DNA of 64,000 nt from an uncultured Candidatus Actinomarina sp. (GCA_902510965.1 CABXDM010000001.1:1180-65179), one strand, 5' to 3'; shown: positions 1 through 10,728, counted from the first letter of the stretch. The notes: generated from the sequence alone by a model not told the origin. Program-made: numbers and translations.

Positions 1-1
1 C

Positions 2-169
2 CGCAGAAGAATTATAGATTTTGTAACTGGCATGGCTTTTATCAGCGACGCAAAAATTAGATCAATTAACAAAGATGGAGTATATTTACTACTTCCTGCA
101 TCAGCATCACTTCCGTCTAGCGAAAGAGAAAGGCTCCAAAACTTAGGCCTTTACAATATTAATGTGTAG
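2..169 (+). CDS. sepF: Cell division protein SepF, C-terminal fragment (5' end cut by window edge)
   Basis: My translation of the frame starting at nt 2 gives RRRIIDFVTGMAFISDAKIRSINKDGVYLLLPASASLPSSERERLQNLGLYNINV*. This resembles the SepF C-terminal domain (R..DF..G...A..G....i...vfLl.P). It lies directly upstream of yggT, as in dcw clusters. Confidence 0.6.
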   Translation, partial: RRRIIDFVTGMAFISDAKIRSINKDGVYLLLPASASLPSSERERLQNLGLYNINV

Positions 170-428
170 CTTACTGATACTCTTTTTCAGGTTTTTCTCA
201 TATGCTCTATTTGCATGGATAATTTTAAGTTGGGTTCAAGTTTCGCCTGAGCATCCTCTGGGTCAAGTGAAATATGTTTTAGATAAAGGTTTTACAAGAA
301 TATTAGAGCCGATACGTTCAAGAATGCCTACCCTTAGAATAGGTATGGCTGGTTTAGATTTATCACCACTCGTTTTAATATTTGGAGTTAACCTATTACA
401 GCCTTATCTACTAAGAGCTGTTTGCTAA
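162..428 (+). CDS. yggT: YggT family membrane protein
   Basis: 88-aa ORF with two hydrophobic segments and a YGGT-like N-terminus (FFRFFSYALFAWIILSW). Position after sepF fits. Overlaps sepF by 8 nt. Confidence 0.75.
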   Translation: MCSLLILFFRFFSYALFAWIILSWVQVSPEHPLGQVKYVLDKGFTRILEPIRSRMPTLRIGMAGLDLSPLVLIFGVNLLQPYLLRAVC

Positions 429-3400
429 GACTTTTCAATTAGTATTGAAATCGAGTAGTTCAATAAATTTTCTGTTCCAGGTTCTTTAACAGTAGAAAAA
501 CTCACTGAGAGAGTCTCATTTTGAATATATTTTACGTGAGATTTAATAGCTGAAAGCACTATTTCATCTTCAGAAGATATGGTAGTAATGATTCTATCAG
601 TTATGTCATAATCACTTTCTTTACGCGACTTTTGTATGAGGGAAACAATTTCTCTAGAGATTCTTTCTTCAAGCAATTCATCATCTATGTCTGTATTTAA
701 TGAGATTAGAAAATCATTAACAATATCTTGATTTGGCTTTTCAGCTGTTGGAACTAACTGTAAATCTAAACTGTGTAAATCAATTTTTCGATTATTAAAG
801 TTAAAAGATCCCGCTTCAATAATTTGCGCAATTTCATCTTTATTTAGCGAATCTAACTCTGATTTAAGTTTGTTAACATCTTTTCCTAGCTTCGGTCCCA
901 ATTCTTGATAGTTTGGTTTACATACATATTTAACCCATTCAGATATATTGTTTTCAAAAATAATTTCTTTCACGTTTAGCTCATTAAGAATTATGTGCTC
1001 TACATTTTTTATTTCGTTTTGTAGGCTTATATCCTTAGTTACAATTTTTAAACTTCTTAAGGGTTGCTTATTGGGCATCTCTACATTGAGCCTTATATTT
1101 CTTGCGGATCTTATAACATCTTTAGCTGTTGAGATTTCTTTCTCTAATTGAGTATTGATTAAATTGTTATCTGCAACGGGATAGTTTTCATAATGGATAC
1201 TTGTATCTTCCTCCTCAACTAAGCCCTGATAAATCTGTTCACAGATGAAGGGGAGTACAGGAGCCATTGTCTTTGAAAATTCTAATAAAACTTCATGCAA
1301 AGTTTTAAATGCATTAATTTTGTCAAGATCATCAACACCTTTTTCTTTCCAAAATCTTTTTCGGTTTGATCTAACATACCAGTTCGTTAATTCGTCAATA
1401 AAACTTATTAGTGGTGGGATAACTTCATATAAATAATAGTTCTCCATTTTTTCGTTCACAGTCTTAATAAGTGATTGTAAAGTCGAAATAATCCATTGAT
1501 CCATTAATGGCCTATTTTCAACAGGGTCAGCTTTACTTAATTCTTCCATTGTAATTTCATCTGCATTTGCGTAATTAGAGAAAAATGTAAAACTGTTCCA
1601 TAGCGGCAAGATTACATTTCTAGTAACTAGCTGCACACCCTCTTCAGAAAACTTAAGAGGTTCACCTCTTACAACTGGTGAATTTATTAGATAAGCTCTT
1701 AAACTATCTCCACCATAACTATTGAGTAATTCTTCAGGATCTGGATAATTTTTTAAACTTTTACTCATCTTTCTGCCATCTTCAGCCAAAATCATTCCTG
1801 TAGTTATACAATTTTTAAAAGCTACGGAATCAAATAATGCAACTGATAAAATTGTAAGCGTGTAAAACCATCCTCTTGTTTGATCAAGTCCCTCAGCTAT
1901 GAAGTCTGCAGGAAAACCATCTGAAAAATTTTCTTTATTTTCAAATGGATAATGCTGTTGGCCATACGGCATAGAACCTGATTCAAACCAACAATCAAGA
2001 ACTTCTGAAGTTCTTACATATTTCTTACCTTTTATTTCTATTTCAATATCGTCTAAGTAGTGTTTATGAAGATCGTCTACCTTAACACCGCTTAACTCTT
2101 CAAGTTCCTCAATAGATCCAATACAGATCTGATCAGATGGATCTTCAGTGTTTATCCAGACTGGAATACAGCTTCCCCAGTATCTGTTTCTACTAATGGC
2201 CCAGTCACGAGCATTACCAAGCCAATTTGAGAAACGTTTTTCTCCTATGAAACCAGGTACCCAATGGGTTTCTTCATTTAGTTCAACCATACGATCTCTT
2301 ATTTTCTCTACTCTCACAAACCAGGTAGGAATAGCTTTATATATTAAAGGAGTACCAGTTCTCCAACAGAAGGGGTATGAGTGCATTTCTGTCTTTTGAC
2401 TGAAAAGAGAACCACGTTCTTTTAGTTGGTTCATTATTACCTTGTCTGCATCTTTTACGTTTAATCCCTCAATACCGTTTATTGAATTATCAAATTTACC
2501 TGATAGGGTAACGGGATCAACAATCACATCGATATTTGCTTCTTTCAATGCATAAAAATCACTCTCACCATATGCAGGAGCTTGAGAAACTAAACCAGAG
2601 CCGGCTTCAGTATTAGTGTCATCGCTATGAATTAATCGAAATGCTCCATTGGAGTATTCGTGCTCATACTCACTGTACGCTGGAATGTATTCAGCACCAA
2701 TCATATCTGCACCAATTGACTCATCTAAAATTTTATATTCATAGTCCTTTAACTCTGAAATAAGATTTTTGGCTATCCAAAATATGTCATCTGTTATTTG
2801 AATTCTCAGATATTCTATGTCTTTTCCAATGGCTATTGCTAAATTTCCTGGAATGCACCATGGGGTAGTTGTCCAGACTAAAAATTTGTCTGATTTTTGT
2901 ATTTTATTAAAGTCACCGCGAGCTGTAAGCGTAAAAAATATTGAGGGGTCTTCAACATCCCTGTAGTCCATATTGGCTTCGAAATTTGATAATGGTGTGG
3001 CTGCCGACCAAGAGTATGGTAAAACTTTATAATCTTTATATATTAAATCATTTTCCCATAAGTTTTTAAATACCCACCAGACACTCTCCATAAAGTCAAT
3101 ATCCATAGTCTTGTAATCATTCTCAAAATCTACCCACCTACCGATTTTTCTAGTGACTCGTTCCCAATTTTCTGTATTAGTTTGCACTTGGCTTCTACAT
3201 GCTTCATTAAATTTACCTATACCAAAATCATTAATTTGTTGAGGATCGTCTAACCCCAGTTGTTTCTGTACTTCCATTTCAATAGGCAAACCATGTACGT
3301 CCCAGCCGAATCGTCTTTCTACATAATATCCTCGCATAGTCCAGTACCTTGGAACTATATCTTTTATTACTCCTGCAAGTAAGTTGCCATAATGTGGGCT

Positions 3401-3556
3401 GCCTGTAGGAAATGGTGGTCCATCGTAGAATCTAAAAACTTTTTGATCTTTTCGATTCTCCATTGAGTTATCAAATGCGTTTATTTCATCCCAGTAAGCA
3501 GATGTATTCTGTTCTTGGGATGCAAGATTAATATTATTGTTAACTCTTTTGAACAT
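425..3556 (-). CDS. ileS: Isoleucine--tRNA ligase (type 2, eukaryote-like form common in Actinobacteria)
   Basis: 1043-aa ORF. N-terminal FRFYDGPPFPTGSPHYGN (HIGH region), the KMSKSLKN motif, and editing-domain length all typical of IleRS. Confidence 0.97.
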   Translation of the reverse strand: MFKRVNNNINLASQEQNTSAYWDEINAFDNSMENRKDQKVFRFYDGPPFPTGSPHYGNLLAGVIKDIVPRYWTMRGYYVERRFGWDVHGLPIEMEVQKQLGLDDPQQINDFGIGKFNEACRSQVQTNTENWERVTRKIGRWVDFENDYKTMDIDFMESVWWVFKNLWENDLIYKDYKVLPYSWSAATPLSNFEANMDYRDVEDPSIFFTLTARGDFNKIQKSDKFLVWTTTPWCIPGNLAIAIGKDIEYLRIQITDDIFWIAKNLISELKDYEYKILDESIGADMIGAEYIPAYSEYEHEYSNGAFRLIHSDDTNTEAGSGLVSQAPAYGESDFYALKEANIDVIVDPVTLSGKFDNSINGIEGLNVKDADKVIMNQLKERGSLFSQKTEMHSYPFCWRTGTPLIYKAIPTWFVRVEKIRDRMVELNEETHWVPGFIGEKRFSNWLGNARDWAISRNRYWGSCIPVWINTEDPSDQICIGSIEELEELSGVKVDDLHKHYLDDIEIEIKGKKYVRTSEVLDCWFESGSMPYGQQHYPFENKENFSDGFPADFIAEGLDQTRGWFYTLTILSVALFDSVAFKNCITTGMILAEDGRKMSKSLKNYPDPEELLNSYGGDSLRAYLINSPVVRGEPLKFSEEGVQLVTRNVILPLWNSFTFFSNYANADEITMEELSKADPVENRPLMDQWIISTLQSLIKTVNEKMENYYLYEVIPPLISFIDELTNWYVRSNRKRFWKEKGVDDLDKINAFKTLHEVLLEFSKTMAPVLPFICEQIYQGLVEEEDTSIHYENYPVADNNLINTQLEKEISTAKDVIRSARNIRLNVEMPNKQPLRSLKIVTKDISLQNEIKNVEHIILNELNVKEIIFENNISEWVKYVCKPNYQELGPKLGKDVNKLKSELDSLNKDEIAQIIEAGSFNFNNRKIDLHSLDLQLVPTAEKPNQDIVNDFLISLNTDIDDELLEERISREIVSLIQKSRKESDYDITDRIITTISSEDEIVLSAIKSHVKYIQNETLSVSFSTVKEPGTENLLNYSISILIEKS

Positions 3557-3679
3557 ATCTTTAAAATTTTAAAGCTTTTTCAATTAAATATGTCATTAAT
3601 AAAGATTATTTAAAAGTTTATAAAATACTTAACTTTTCGTGGAAATTTACTAAGATATTTAAATTAATAGGAAATATAT

Positions 3680-4057
3680 ATGACAAGAAAATTATCAGCT
3701 AATACCGTTAATAAATTCAAGAAAAAACTTGAACAAGAACAAGTAAACCTTAAAGGCATTTTAGAAAGACACCAAGAAGAACGCGAAAAAGTGAGGCTTT
3801 CTGAAGGTTCAGCTGAAAGAAGTCCAGATCCATCAGAAGCTGATGGTGGTTCAATGGCTTTTGAATTAGAAAAAGAGTTAACTTTGGATGAAAATACAAA
3901 ATATCTCTTGAATCAAGTTGAGCACGCACTTTTTCTCATAAAGAAGAAAAAATACGGTATATGTGAAAATTGTGGAATTGCTATTCCGGTAGCAAGACTA
4001 GAGGCTTTGCCCTATTCATCAAACTGTAAAGATTGTGCCGTTTTAATTGACTCTTAA
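3680..4057 (+). CDS. DksA/TraR family C4-type zinc finger protein
   Basis: 125 aa with a coiled-coil N-terminus and a C-terminal CENC-x17-CKDC zinc finger. Sits upstream of lspA, as in other Actinobacteria. Confidence 0.75.
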   Translation: MTRKLSANTVNKFKKKLEQEQVNLKGILERHQEEREKVRLSEGSAERSPDPSEADGGSMAFELEKELTLDENTKYLLNQVEHALFLIKKKKYGICENCGIAIPVARLEALPYSSNCKDCAVLIDS

Positions 4058-4505
4058 AAAGTACCTATACCCAACTATTACAGTAATTTCTTTAGCTCTG
4101 ATAGATAATTTAACAAAGTATTATGTCAGAATTGAAAATATTCAAGAGTTGGTCTTAATAGAAAACTTTTTAACTATCGACCTTACTTACAATACTGGCA
4201 TAGCTTTCGGATTTCTGAGCGATTACACAAATGCTACGTATGTGGTTTCTTTATTAGTTCTAGTGTGGTTGGTGTTCCAAATAAAAGATTCTAAAAATAG
4301 TTCACTTGAACTTTATTCCTACATTTTAATACTTGGAGGTGCGCTAGGGAACTTATCTGAAAGAGGTTGGAATTTAGTGACTAACAACGGCGGGAAAGTA
4401 ACAGATTTTGTAGAACTGCTGTTTATTCCAAGTTTTAACTTTGCTGATTCCTTAATAAGCATTGGAATCACCATATTGTTATTTTCGGAGTTCAAAAATA
4501 AGTAA
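4047..4505 (+). CDS. lspA: Lipoprotein signal peptidase (signal peptidase II)
   Basis: 152 aa, 4 TM. Motifs NTGIAFGF, GGALGNLSER and VTDF...FNFADS. TTG start overlapping the upstream gene by 11 nt. Confidence 0.85.
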   Translation: MTLKKYLYPTITVISLALIDNLTKYYVRIENIQELVLIENFLTIDLTYNTGIAFGFLSDYTNATYVVSLLVLVWLVFQIKDSKNSSLELYSYILILGGALGNLSERGWNLVTNNGGKVTDFVELLFIPSFNFADSLISIGITILLFSEFKNK

Positions 4506-5172
4506 CATAAAAGTAGTCTACGAAGATGATAATTTCATTATTTTTAATAAACCTAACGGTTTGCTTACTCACCCTACTAATAAATCTACAGAATTAACTT
4601 TACGAGACTATCTCGTGGATGAGCATCCAGGCATTTTATCTTGGGGTGAGGAAAATAGAGAGGGAATTGTTCATAGATTAGATAGAGTCACATCAGGACT
4701 AATAGTTTGTGCTCTGAATTTGGAATCTTATAATCTTCTAAAAGATAAATTCAAGAATAGAGAAATCACAAAATCTTATGTTGCTTTAATTGAGGGAGCT
4801 CTCCCTTCAGATTCTGGAATTTTAAACCTTCCATTAGCCCGTTCATTGAAAAATCGTAGTAAACGAACCGTTGACACTAATGGACGAAATTCAATTACTA
4901 AGTATGAGTTACTAAATTTTTATGAAGATTTTAATATCTCAAAGATTGAACTCGACCTTATAACAGGGAGGAATCATCAAATCAGAGCTCACATGGAATA
5001 TATGAAAACACCGATACTTAACGACACACTTTATAACGCATCTAAAAATCATATAATTCCAGAAAATTCAATTGCGCTTCATTCTGCTGTATTAAAATTT
5101 ACACTAGACAATGAAAAATATTCTTTTAGCTCTGATGTACCTTCTTTTTTTAATCGAGTGTTAGATGTGTAA
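4462..5172 (+). CDS. rluD: RluA-family 23S rRNA pseudouridine synthase (RluD-like, no S4 domain)
   Basis: Catalytic motif HRLDRVTSGLIV plus GRNHQIRAH. No N-terminal S4 domain is present. Start is uncertain: ATG 4462 overlaps lspA by 44 nt. Confidence 0.85.
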   Translation: MESPYCYFRSSKISNIKVVYEDDNFIIFNKPNGLLTHPTNKSTELTLRDYLVDEHPGILSWGEENREGIVHRLDRVTSGLIVCALNLESYNLLKDKFKNREITKSYVALIEGALPSDSGILNLPLARSLKNRSKRTVDTNGRNSITKYELLNFYEDFNISKIELDLITGRNHQIRAHMEYMKTPILNDTLYNASKNHIIPENSIALHSAVLKFTLDNEKYSFSSDVPSFFNRVLDV

Positions 5173-5201
5173 TTATTAAAAAATACTTTTAATATGTTTT
5201 T

Positions 5202-8200
5202 ATGAGTAAATCCTTTGTCCACCTACATGCCCACACTGAGTATTCAATGCTGGATGGAGCTGCAAAAATACAAACATACATAGATAGGGTAAAAGAGCTT
5301 CAACAACCAGCAGCTGCGATTACTGACCATGGAAATCTTTATGGTGCACTGGAATTTCATAACATAGCCAAAAAAAATGGAGTAAAACCCATTATCGGAT
5401 ATGAAGCCTACATCACAACAGGATCTAGATTTGACCGACCAGATAGAAATAAAAACAAACGTTACCATTTAACACTTTTAGCAGAAAATAATGAAGGGTA
5501 CTGGAATCTTGTACAACTTGCTAGCAAAGCCTTTACAGAGGGTTATTACTACAAGCCCAGGCTTGATTATGAATTATTAAGAAACCATTCAAAAGGTGTC
5601 ATAGCTTTATCTGGATGCCTTGGAGGAGAGGTTGCCCAGCATTTGGCTCCAGACGGCTCAATAGAAGAGGGTAACAATCAAGGTGAAAGAAGCTATCAGA
5701 AAGCACTTGAAAAGGCAGAGTTGTATCAAAGCATTTATGGTAAAGAAAATTTTTATATAGAACTTCATAACCATGGGATTAAACAACAAGAAATAATACT
5801 TCCGGATTTATTAAAAATATCAAATGAGCTTTCAGCTCCACTAGTTGCAACAAATGATTCACACTACGTAAACCCGGAAGATTCCTCTGCTCATGATGCG
5901 TTGCTTTGCGTACAGACTAACGCCACTATTGATGACGATTCGAGATTTAAGTTTGAAGGAGAAGGATATTATGTTAAATCTTCGGAGGAGATGAGAACAC
6001 TTTTTAATAACTCTGAGTACCCAGGTGCTTGTGACAACACTTTGGAAATAGCTGATAGAGTTGAATACAATTTTGAATCTGGGAAGTATTATCTCCCAGC
6101 TTTTCCGATTGATGTTCCAAACTTAACCGTTGAAGACTATCTTAAAAATCTTGTCTACGAAGGTGCAAAGTCTGTATACCAAGAATTAACTGATGAGATT
6201 ACTGAACGAATAGAGTATGAACTTGAAGTTATTAATTCTATGGGGTTTGCTTCTTATTTCTTAATCGTCGGAGATCTTATTCAGTATGCAAAAGAAAATA
6301 ATATCAGAACTGGTGCAGGAAGGGGTTCTGCTGCAGGATCTATTGTTTCATATTGTCTTGGGATAACAGGAATAGAACCCTTAAAATATGGGTTACTCTT
6401 TGAAAGATTCCTCAATAAAGGCCGTAAAGAACTACCTGATATTGATATGGATATTGATGAACGTTATCGAAAAGATGTTATCGATTATGTTATTGGAAAA
6501 TATGGAGAAGATAAAGTTGCTCACATAGTTACCTTTGCAACCATTAAAGCAAAACAAGCTATTCGCGATGCATCGAGAGTATTAGGTCTTCCATTTTCAG
6601 CAGGAGATAAGGTTGCAAAACTCATGCCACCTATGATATTAGGAAATACTGCAACACTGGGTGAATGTTTGCAGTTAGATGAGGAAAATAATAGTGGCTA
6701 TAGTAAAGAGTTTTACACTGCATCATCTGAATTAAGAAATCAATATAAAAATGATGAGGAGGTTAAAAGAATAATTGATATAGCACTTGGACTCGAGGGC
6801 TTAAGAAGACAAGATGGAATCCATGCTGCCGCTGTCGTTATATCTCCCGAAGCTATCACAAATTATTTACCGGTACAAAAAAAAGGAAAAGATGCAGAGT
6901 TAGTAACTCAGTTTGAAATGCACACTGTAGAACAACTTGGGTTGTTAAAAATGGATTTTTTAGGTCTTAGGAATCTTTCAATTATTGATAGAACTGTTGA
7001 GCTTATTAGTAATGAAGATTTTAATATTGATGAAATTCCATTAGATGACAAAAAAACATTCGAATTATTTTCAACAGGACGCATGATTGGAGTTTTCCAA
7101 CTTGAGAGTAGAATAGCTCAAATTACTTCAAGAAGTTTGAAACCTACTAGGTTTGAAGAAATCGTTGCTTTAGTTGCTTTAATAAGACCTGGACCTTTGG
7201 GTGCAAATATGCATATTGAATTTGCAGATAGGGCAACAGGTAAAAAAGAGATAGAGTTTTTACATCCAGATCTCAAAGAGATATTAGAAGAAACATATGG
7301 TGTAATTTTATATCAAGAACAAGTTATGCAAATTGCTCAAAAAATCTCAGCATTCCAGTTAGACGAAGCCGATGATCTCCGAAAGGCAATGGGTAAGAAA
7401 ATACCAAAAGTTATGGAGCAACAAAGAAAAAAATTTACTGATGGAGCTATTAGTAATGGTTATTCAGAACAGTTTTCAATCGAACTCTTCGATCAAATAG
7501 CATTTTTTGCTGGGTACGGATTTAACAAGAGTCACTCAGTTCCTTACGCTCTTATTGCTTATCAAACGGCCTATCTCAAAGCAAATCACCCCGCAGAGTA
7601 TCTATCAGCATGTTTAACTGCTGTTAAGAGAGATAAGGATAGAACCGCTATATTTCTTGCTGAAGCTAGGGAGCTTGGAGTAAATGTGAAGACTCCTGAC
7701 ATTAATTTAAGTATTGAAGATTTTTCTGTCGCCAATGGAGAAATTTTGTTTGGATTGTCAGCTATTAGAAATGTCGGTGATATAACAGCGGAAAAAATTG
7801 TAGCAGAAAGGGAGAGTGGAAAATACGAGACAGTACAGGATTTTTTAGCACGTACAGATTCCAGATCTTTAAACAAAAGGGGAGTCGAAGCCATGATTCA
7901 AGGTGGAGCTTTTGATCACTTTGGATTACCTAGAAGAGGTTTATACGAATCAATAATTGACCTTATAGAAGATGCTAAAGGTTTAAAGAAAGAAAAAGAC
8001 AACTCTCAAGCATCTCTCTTTGACTTTGACGAACAAACAAGCGAACTCACGACCATAAAAAATGTTGAATGGGATAAAAAGGAACTTCTTGACAGAGAAA
8101 GAGAAATGCTAGGGTTTTTTGTTAGTGAGGATCCCTTAGAGGGGTATGGAGAGATATTTAGATCTGAATCTACCCATTCCATTATTGAGCTTATGGATAT

Positions 8201-8696
8201 AGAAGAAGACGAAGAAGTCAGTGTTGCCATAACTGGCTTAGTATCCAATGTTCAAAAAAGGGTATCAAGAAGAGGAAATGCGTGGATTCAATTTGACCTT
8301 CAAGAATCTACTGGCTCCCTAGGTGTTCTTGTTTTTAATAAACTTGTAGAAAAATATAATGCACAGCTAGATGGTGAATTGTATCTGAAAGTTTCTGGTA
8401 CATATGTTGGAGGAACTGAAAATAATATTAGAGCTAGAGATTTCGAACTAATAGAACCATCGAAATTATTGACTGATTTAGATATTACACCATTGAAGAT
8501 TTCAGTACAGGAAGAAATTATGGATAAGAAAAATTTAATTTTATTAAAAGAATTATTGGAAAGGCATCCAGGAGGATCAAAGGTTGAATTGGAAGTCAAT
8601 AACCAAGAAGGAGTGAAGCTTCTTGAATTAAAAAATATAAAAGTTAAAAAAACAACGCAGTTAAGAAATGAAATTAACACATTATTGAAAAATTAA
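5202..8696 (+). CDS. dnaE: DNA polymerase III alpha subunit
   Basis: 1164 aa. PHP domain HLHAHTEYSMLDGA, a colinear pol III alpha core, and a C-terminal OB-fold region. Confidence 0.97.
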   Translation: MSKSFVHLHAHTEYSMLDGAAKIQTYIDRVKELQQPAAAITDHGNLYGALEFHNIAKKNGVKPIIGYEAYITTGSRFDRPDRNKNKRYHLTLLAENNEGYWNLVQLASKAFTEGYYYKPRLDYELLRNHSKGVIALSGCLGGEVAQHLAPDGSIEEGNNQGERSYQKALEKAELYQSIYGKENFYIELHNHGIKQQEIILPDLLKISNELSAPLVATNDSHYVNPEDSSAHDALLCVQTNATIDDDSRFKFEGEGYYVKSSEEMRTLFNNSEYPGACDNTLEIADRVEYNFESGKYYLPAFPIDVPNLTVEDYLKNLVYEGAKSVYQELTDEITERIEYELEVINSMGFASYFLIVGDLIQYAKENNIRTGAGRGSAAGSIVSYCLGITGIEPLKYGLLFERFLNKGRKELPDIDMDIDERYRKDVIDYVIGKYGEDKVAHIVTFATIKAKQAIRDASRVLGLPFSAGDKVAKLMPPMILGNTATLGECLQLDEENNSGYSKEFYTASSELRNQYKNDEEVKRIIDIALGLEGLRRQDGIHAAAVVISPEAITNYLPVQKKGKDAELVTQFEMHTVEQLGLLKMDFLGLRNLSIIDRTVELISNEDFNIDEIPLDDKKTFELFSTGRMIGVFQLESRIAQITSRSLKPTRFEEIVALVALIRPGPLGANMHIEFADRATGKKEIEFLHPDLKEILEETYGVILYQEQVMQIAQKISAFQLDEADDLRKAMGKKIPKVMEQQRKKFTDGAISNGYSEQFSIELFDQIAFFAGYGFNKSHSVPYALIAYQTAYLKANHPAEYLSACLTAVKRDKDRTAIFLAEARELGVNVKTPDINLSIEDFSVANGEILFGLSAIRNVGDITAEKIVAERESGKYETVQDFLARTDSRSLNKRGVEAMIQGGAFDHFGLPRRGLYESIIDLIEDAKGLKKEKDNSQASLFDFDEQTSELTTIKNVEWDKKELLDREREMLGFFVSEDPLEGYGEIFRSESTHSIIELMDIEEDEEVSVAITGLVSNVQKRVSRRGNAWIQFDLQESTGSLGVLVFNKLVEKYNAQLDGELYLKVSGTYVGGTENNIRARDFELIEPSKLLTDLDITPLKISVQEEIMDKKNLILLKELLERHPGGSKVELEVNNQEGVKLLELKNIKVKKTTQLRNEINTLLKN

Positions 8697-8709
8697 TTAA
8701 TATTAACCT

Positions 8710-8919
8710 ATGACATTTAACATTGAAGAATTTCAAAACCGATTTAAAGAAAGAGCCGAGGCTGTAAAGAATCGTCCTATGCCACCAATTGGAGGAGATG
8801 AAAGATTAGCCTTTATAAAACAAGCTGAAAAGGATTATCAAGATTATATGATAATTTCTGATTCAGTATTTGAAATCACAGAAGATTATTTAGTTTTTAA
8901 ATACAAACTAGATTCTTAG
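8710..8919 (+). CDS. Hypothetical small protein (69 aa)
   Basis: The ORF fills the dnaE/thyX gap exactly and overlaps the thyX 3' end by 4 nt. No motif recognised. Confidence 0.4.
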   Translation: MTFNIEEFQNRFKERAEAVKNRPMPPIGGDERLAFIKQAEKDYQDYMIISDSVFEITEDYLVFKYKLDS

Positions 8920-9578
8920 TTTAAATCTTTACCCATCGGAAATATACTATTTATAACTTCTGCGCACGCTTTTGCAATTTCCATATGTTCTTTTTGAGTG
9001 CCATTACTTGCTCTCAGTTGAATATAATGTATCCAACTTCTTAATGTTCCATTCATATACAATCTGCTAACTGTATTACCTTCTGGCAAAACAGATCTAG
9101 CTTGTTCTTTAGCAATACCAGCTTCAATAGCCCAGTTGTAGGCATTCTTTGAAGTTTCGATTACTTCTTCTTGTAGTTCATTCCATTTGGATATAATTTC
9201 TTCATTCTCAGTTTCAACAGAATTTTGTCTATTTTTATCATCCTGCAGCCTTGCCTCTCGAATTTTAAATTCCAAATCCTTAACGGGGTTTGCGTACCTT
9301 TGACTGAACTCCTGAAAACTAAATGACCTATGTCTTAAAATCTGCCTAGCTATGTCACGCGTTGTCTCTATTTCCAAACAAGCACTAACCATTTCAAGTG
9401 GGGACCAATGTGCATTTTTAATTAAATAATTAATAAGTTTCTCGCTAGTTTCTGTATTTAGCTGATTTGATGGATTTGAAACCCTTGCACAAAAAGCAAC
9501 CAATTCCTGGGCATCTGTAATACCATCTGAATAGAATTCTTCAGTCGGTTTGGAATAACTTATTAATTTAACCTTCAT
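8916..9578 (-). CDS. thyX: FAD-dependent thymidylate synthase ThyX
   Basis: RHRSFSFQEFSQR matches the ThyX signature RHRxxSxxxxSxR. Length of 220 aa fits. Confidence 0.93.
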   Translation of the reverse strand: MKVKLISYSKPTEEFYSDGITDAQELVAFCARVSNPSNQLNTETSEKLINYLIKNAHWSPLEMVSACLEIETTRDIARQILRHRSFSFQEFSQRYANPVKDLEFKIREARLQDDKNRQNSVETENEEIISKWNELQEEVIETSKNAYNWAIEAGIAKEQARSVLPEGNTVSRLYMNGTLRSWIHYIQLRASNGTQKEHMEIAKACAEVINSIFPMGKDLN

Positions 9579-9607
9579 TTATGTAACTATATTAAAATAA
9601 AAAAAAT

Positions 9608-9871
9608 ATGTTTTTATTACGAATAATTGTTTTTCTTATTTTACTTTCATTAATTCTAATTCTTGCATACCCACTCCTAATTGTATTTAATATTGCCTCA
9701 GGTGGGGATGGTTTTGGCTTATGTAATGATTTAGTAACTTGCGTTATTCCGGTGTCAGAAGGTCCAAAACTTCTTGTTTATTTGATAAGTATTTTCTTTC
9801 TTCTTGTTTTGCTGTTGAGGCTAATAATGAAATATATGAATACTCTTCAAAGTAAAAATTCTATTCTCTAA
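9608..9871 (+). CDS. Hypothetical small membrane protein (87 aa, 2-3 TM)
   Basis: Strongly hydrophobic ORF filling the gap between two minus-strand genes. No family recognised. Confidence 0.4.
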   Translation: MFLLRIIVFLILLSLILILAYPLLIVFNIASGGDGFGLCNDLVTCVIPVSEGPKLLVYLISIFFLLVLLLRLIMKYMNTLQSKNSIL

Positions 9872-10688
9872 TAATAAGAAAAATAGATAACAACACCAGA
9901 AATACACCTGCCCAATTAGTAAAGTTCAATATTTCACCTACGTATAGTATTCCTATAATTAAGGCAAAGATTGCCTCCAAGCTTAGTAATAATGCAGCGG
10001 TTGCAGCATTTACCTCTTTTTGACCAAATAGTTGCAAATAAAATGCGGCAAAGTTCACTATGAAACCCAAGAACAAAATTGGTAAAACGTATTCTATTTT
10101 GAAACTAAACTGCGAAGGGTTTATAAAAGGTAGACAAAGTGCAGCACCTACAAATGATTGAACAAACATTAACTGTGAGATATTTTGATTTTTTATATAC
10201 CTTTCGACCATAACAATATGTAATGCATATCCAGTGGCACATACAAGCGTAAAGAGGTTACCAAATAATTGATCATAACTATTACTAGCTATAAGAAATA
10301 TTCCCATAAAACCTGTTAACGAAAAAATATAACTTCTTGGTGAAAGATTAGTTTTATTTATAATTTTTGAAAAAATTGGAGTAAGTACAATATAAAATCC
10401 TGTTACAACTCCTGAATTTATTGTTGATGTTGTAAGTAAACCTTGAGTTTGGGTTACATACCCAATCCAAAGAAATAATCCCATTAAAATTCCAGGTTTT
10501 ATCGTTTTTTTAGTTGGAATACCTCCAGTAAACAAAAATAGTAACGAGGCTATTGCATATCTTAAAAAAACAATATTTATAGGGGAAAAGTTAACAAGTA
10601 AATTTTTAACCACTATGAAAGTTCCACCAAAAAATAAGGCAGAGAGTATTAATGAAGAAACAGCCAATGTTTTTTTATTTTTAATCAT
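9861..10688 (-). CDS. EamA/DMT superfamily transporter
   Basis: 275 aa, about 10 TM, with the two-repeat architecture typical of EamA domains. Confidence 0.75.
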   Translation of the reverse strand: MIKNKKTLAVSSLILSALFFGGTFIVVKNLLVNFSPINIVFLRYAIASLLFLFTGGIPTKKTIKPGILMGLFLWIGYVTQTQGLLTTSTINSGVVTGFYIVLTPIFSKIINKTNLSPRSYIFSLTGFMGIFLIASNSYDQLFGNLFTLVCATGYALHIVMVERYIKNQNISQLMFVQSFVGAALCLPFINPSQFSFKIEYVLPILFLGFIVNFAAFYLQLFGQKEVNAATAALLLSLEAIFALIIGILYVGEILNFTNWAGVFLVLLSIFLIIRE

Positions 10689-10728
10689 GCAGTCTAATGA
10701 AGATTAATATACAGATTAAAATAGACAT

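Noticed and set aside
3557-3679. Looked for a T-box leader upstream of ileS, since Ile T-boxes are known in Actinobacteria
   Set aside because: Only 123 nt of very AT-rich sequence is shared with the divergent dksA/traR-like gene. I found no GGTGG/CCACC-type T-box core or specifier-like structure. I treat it as a plain divergent promoter region.
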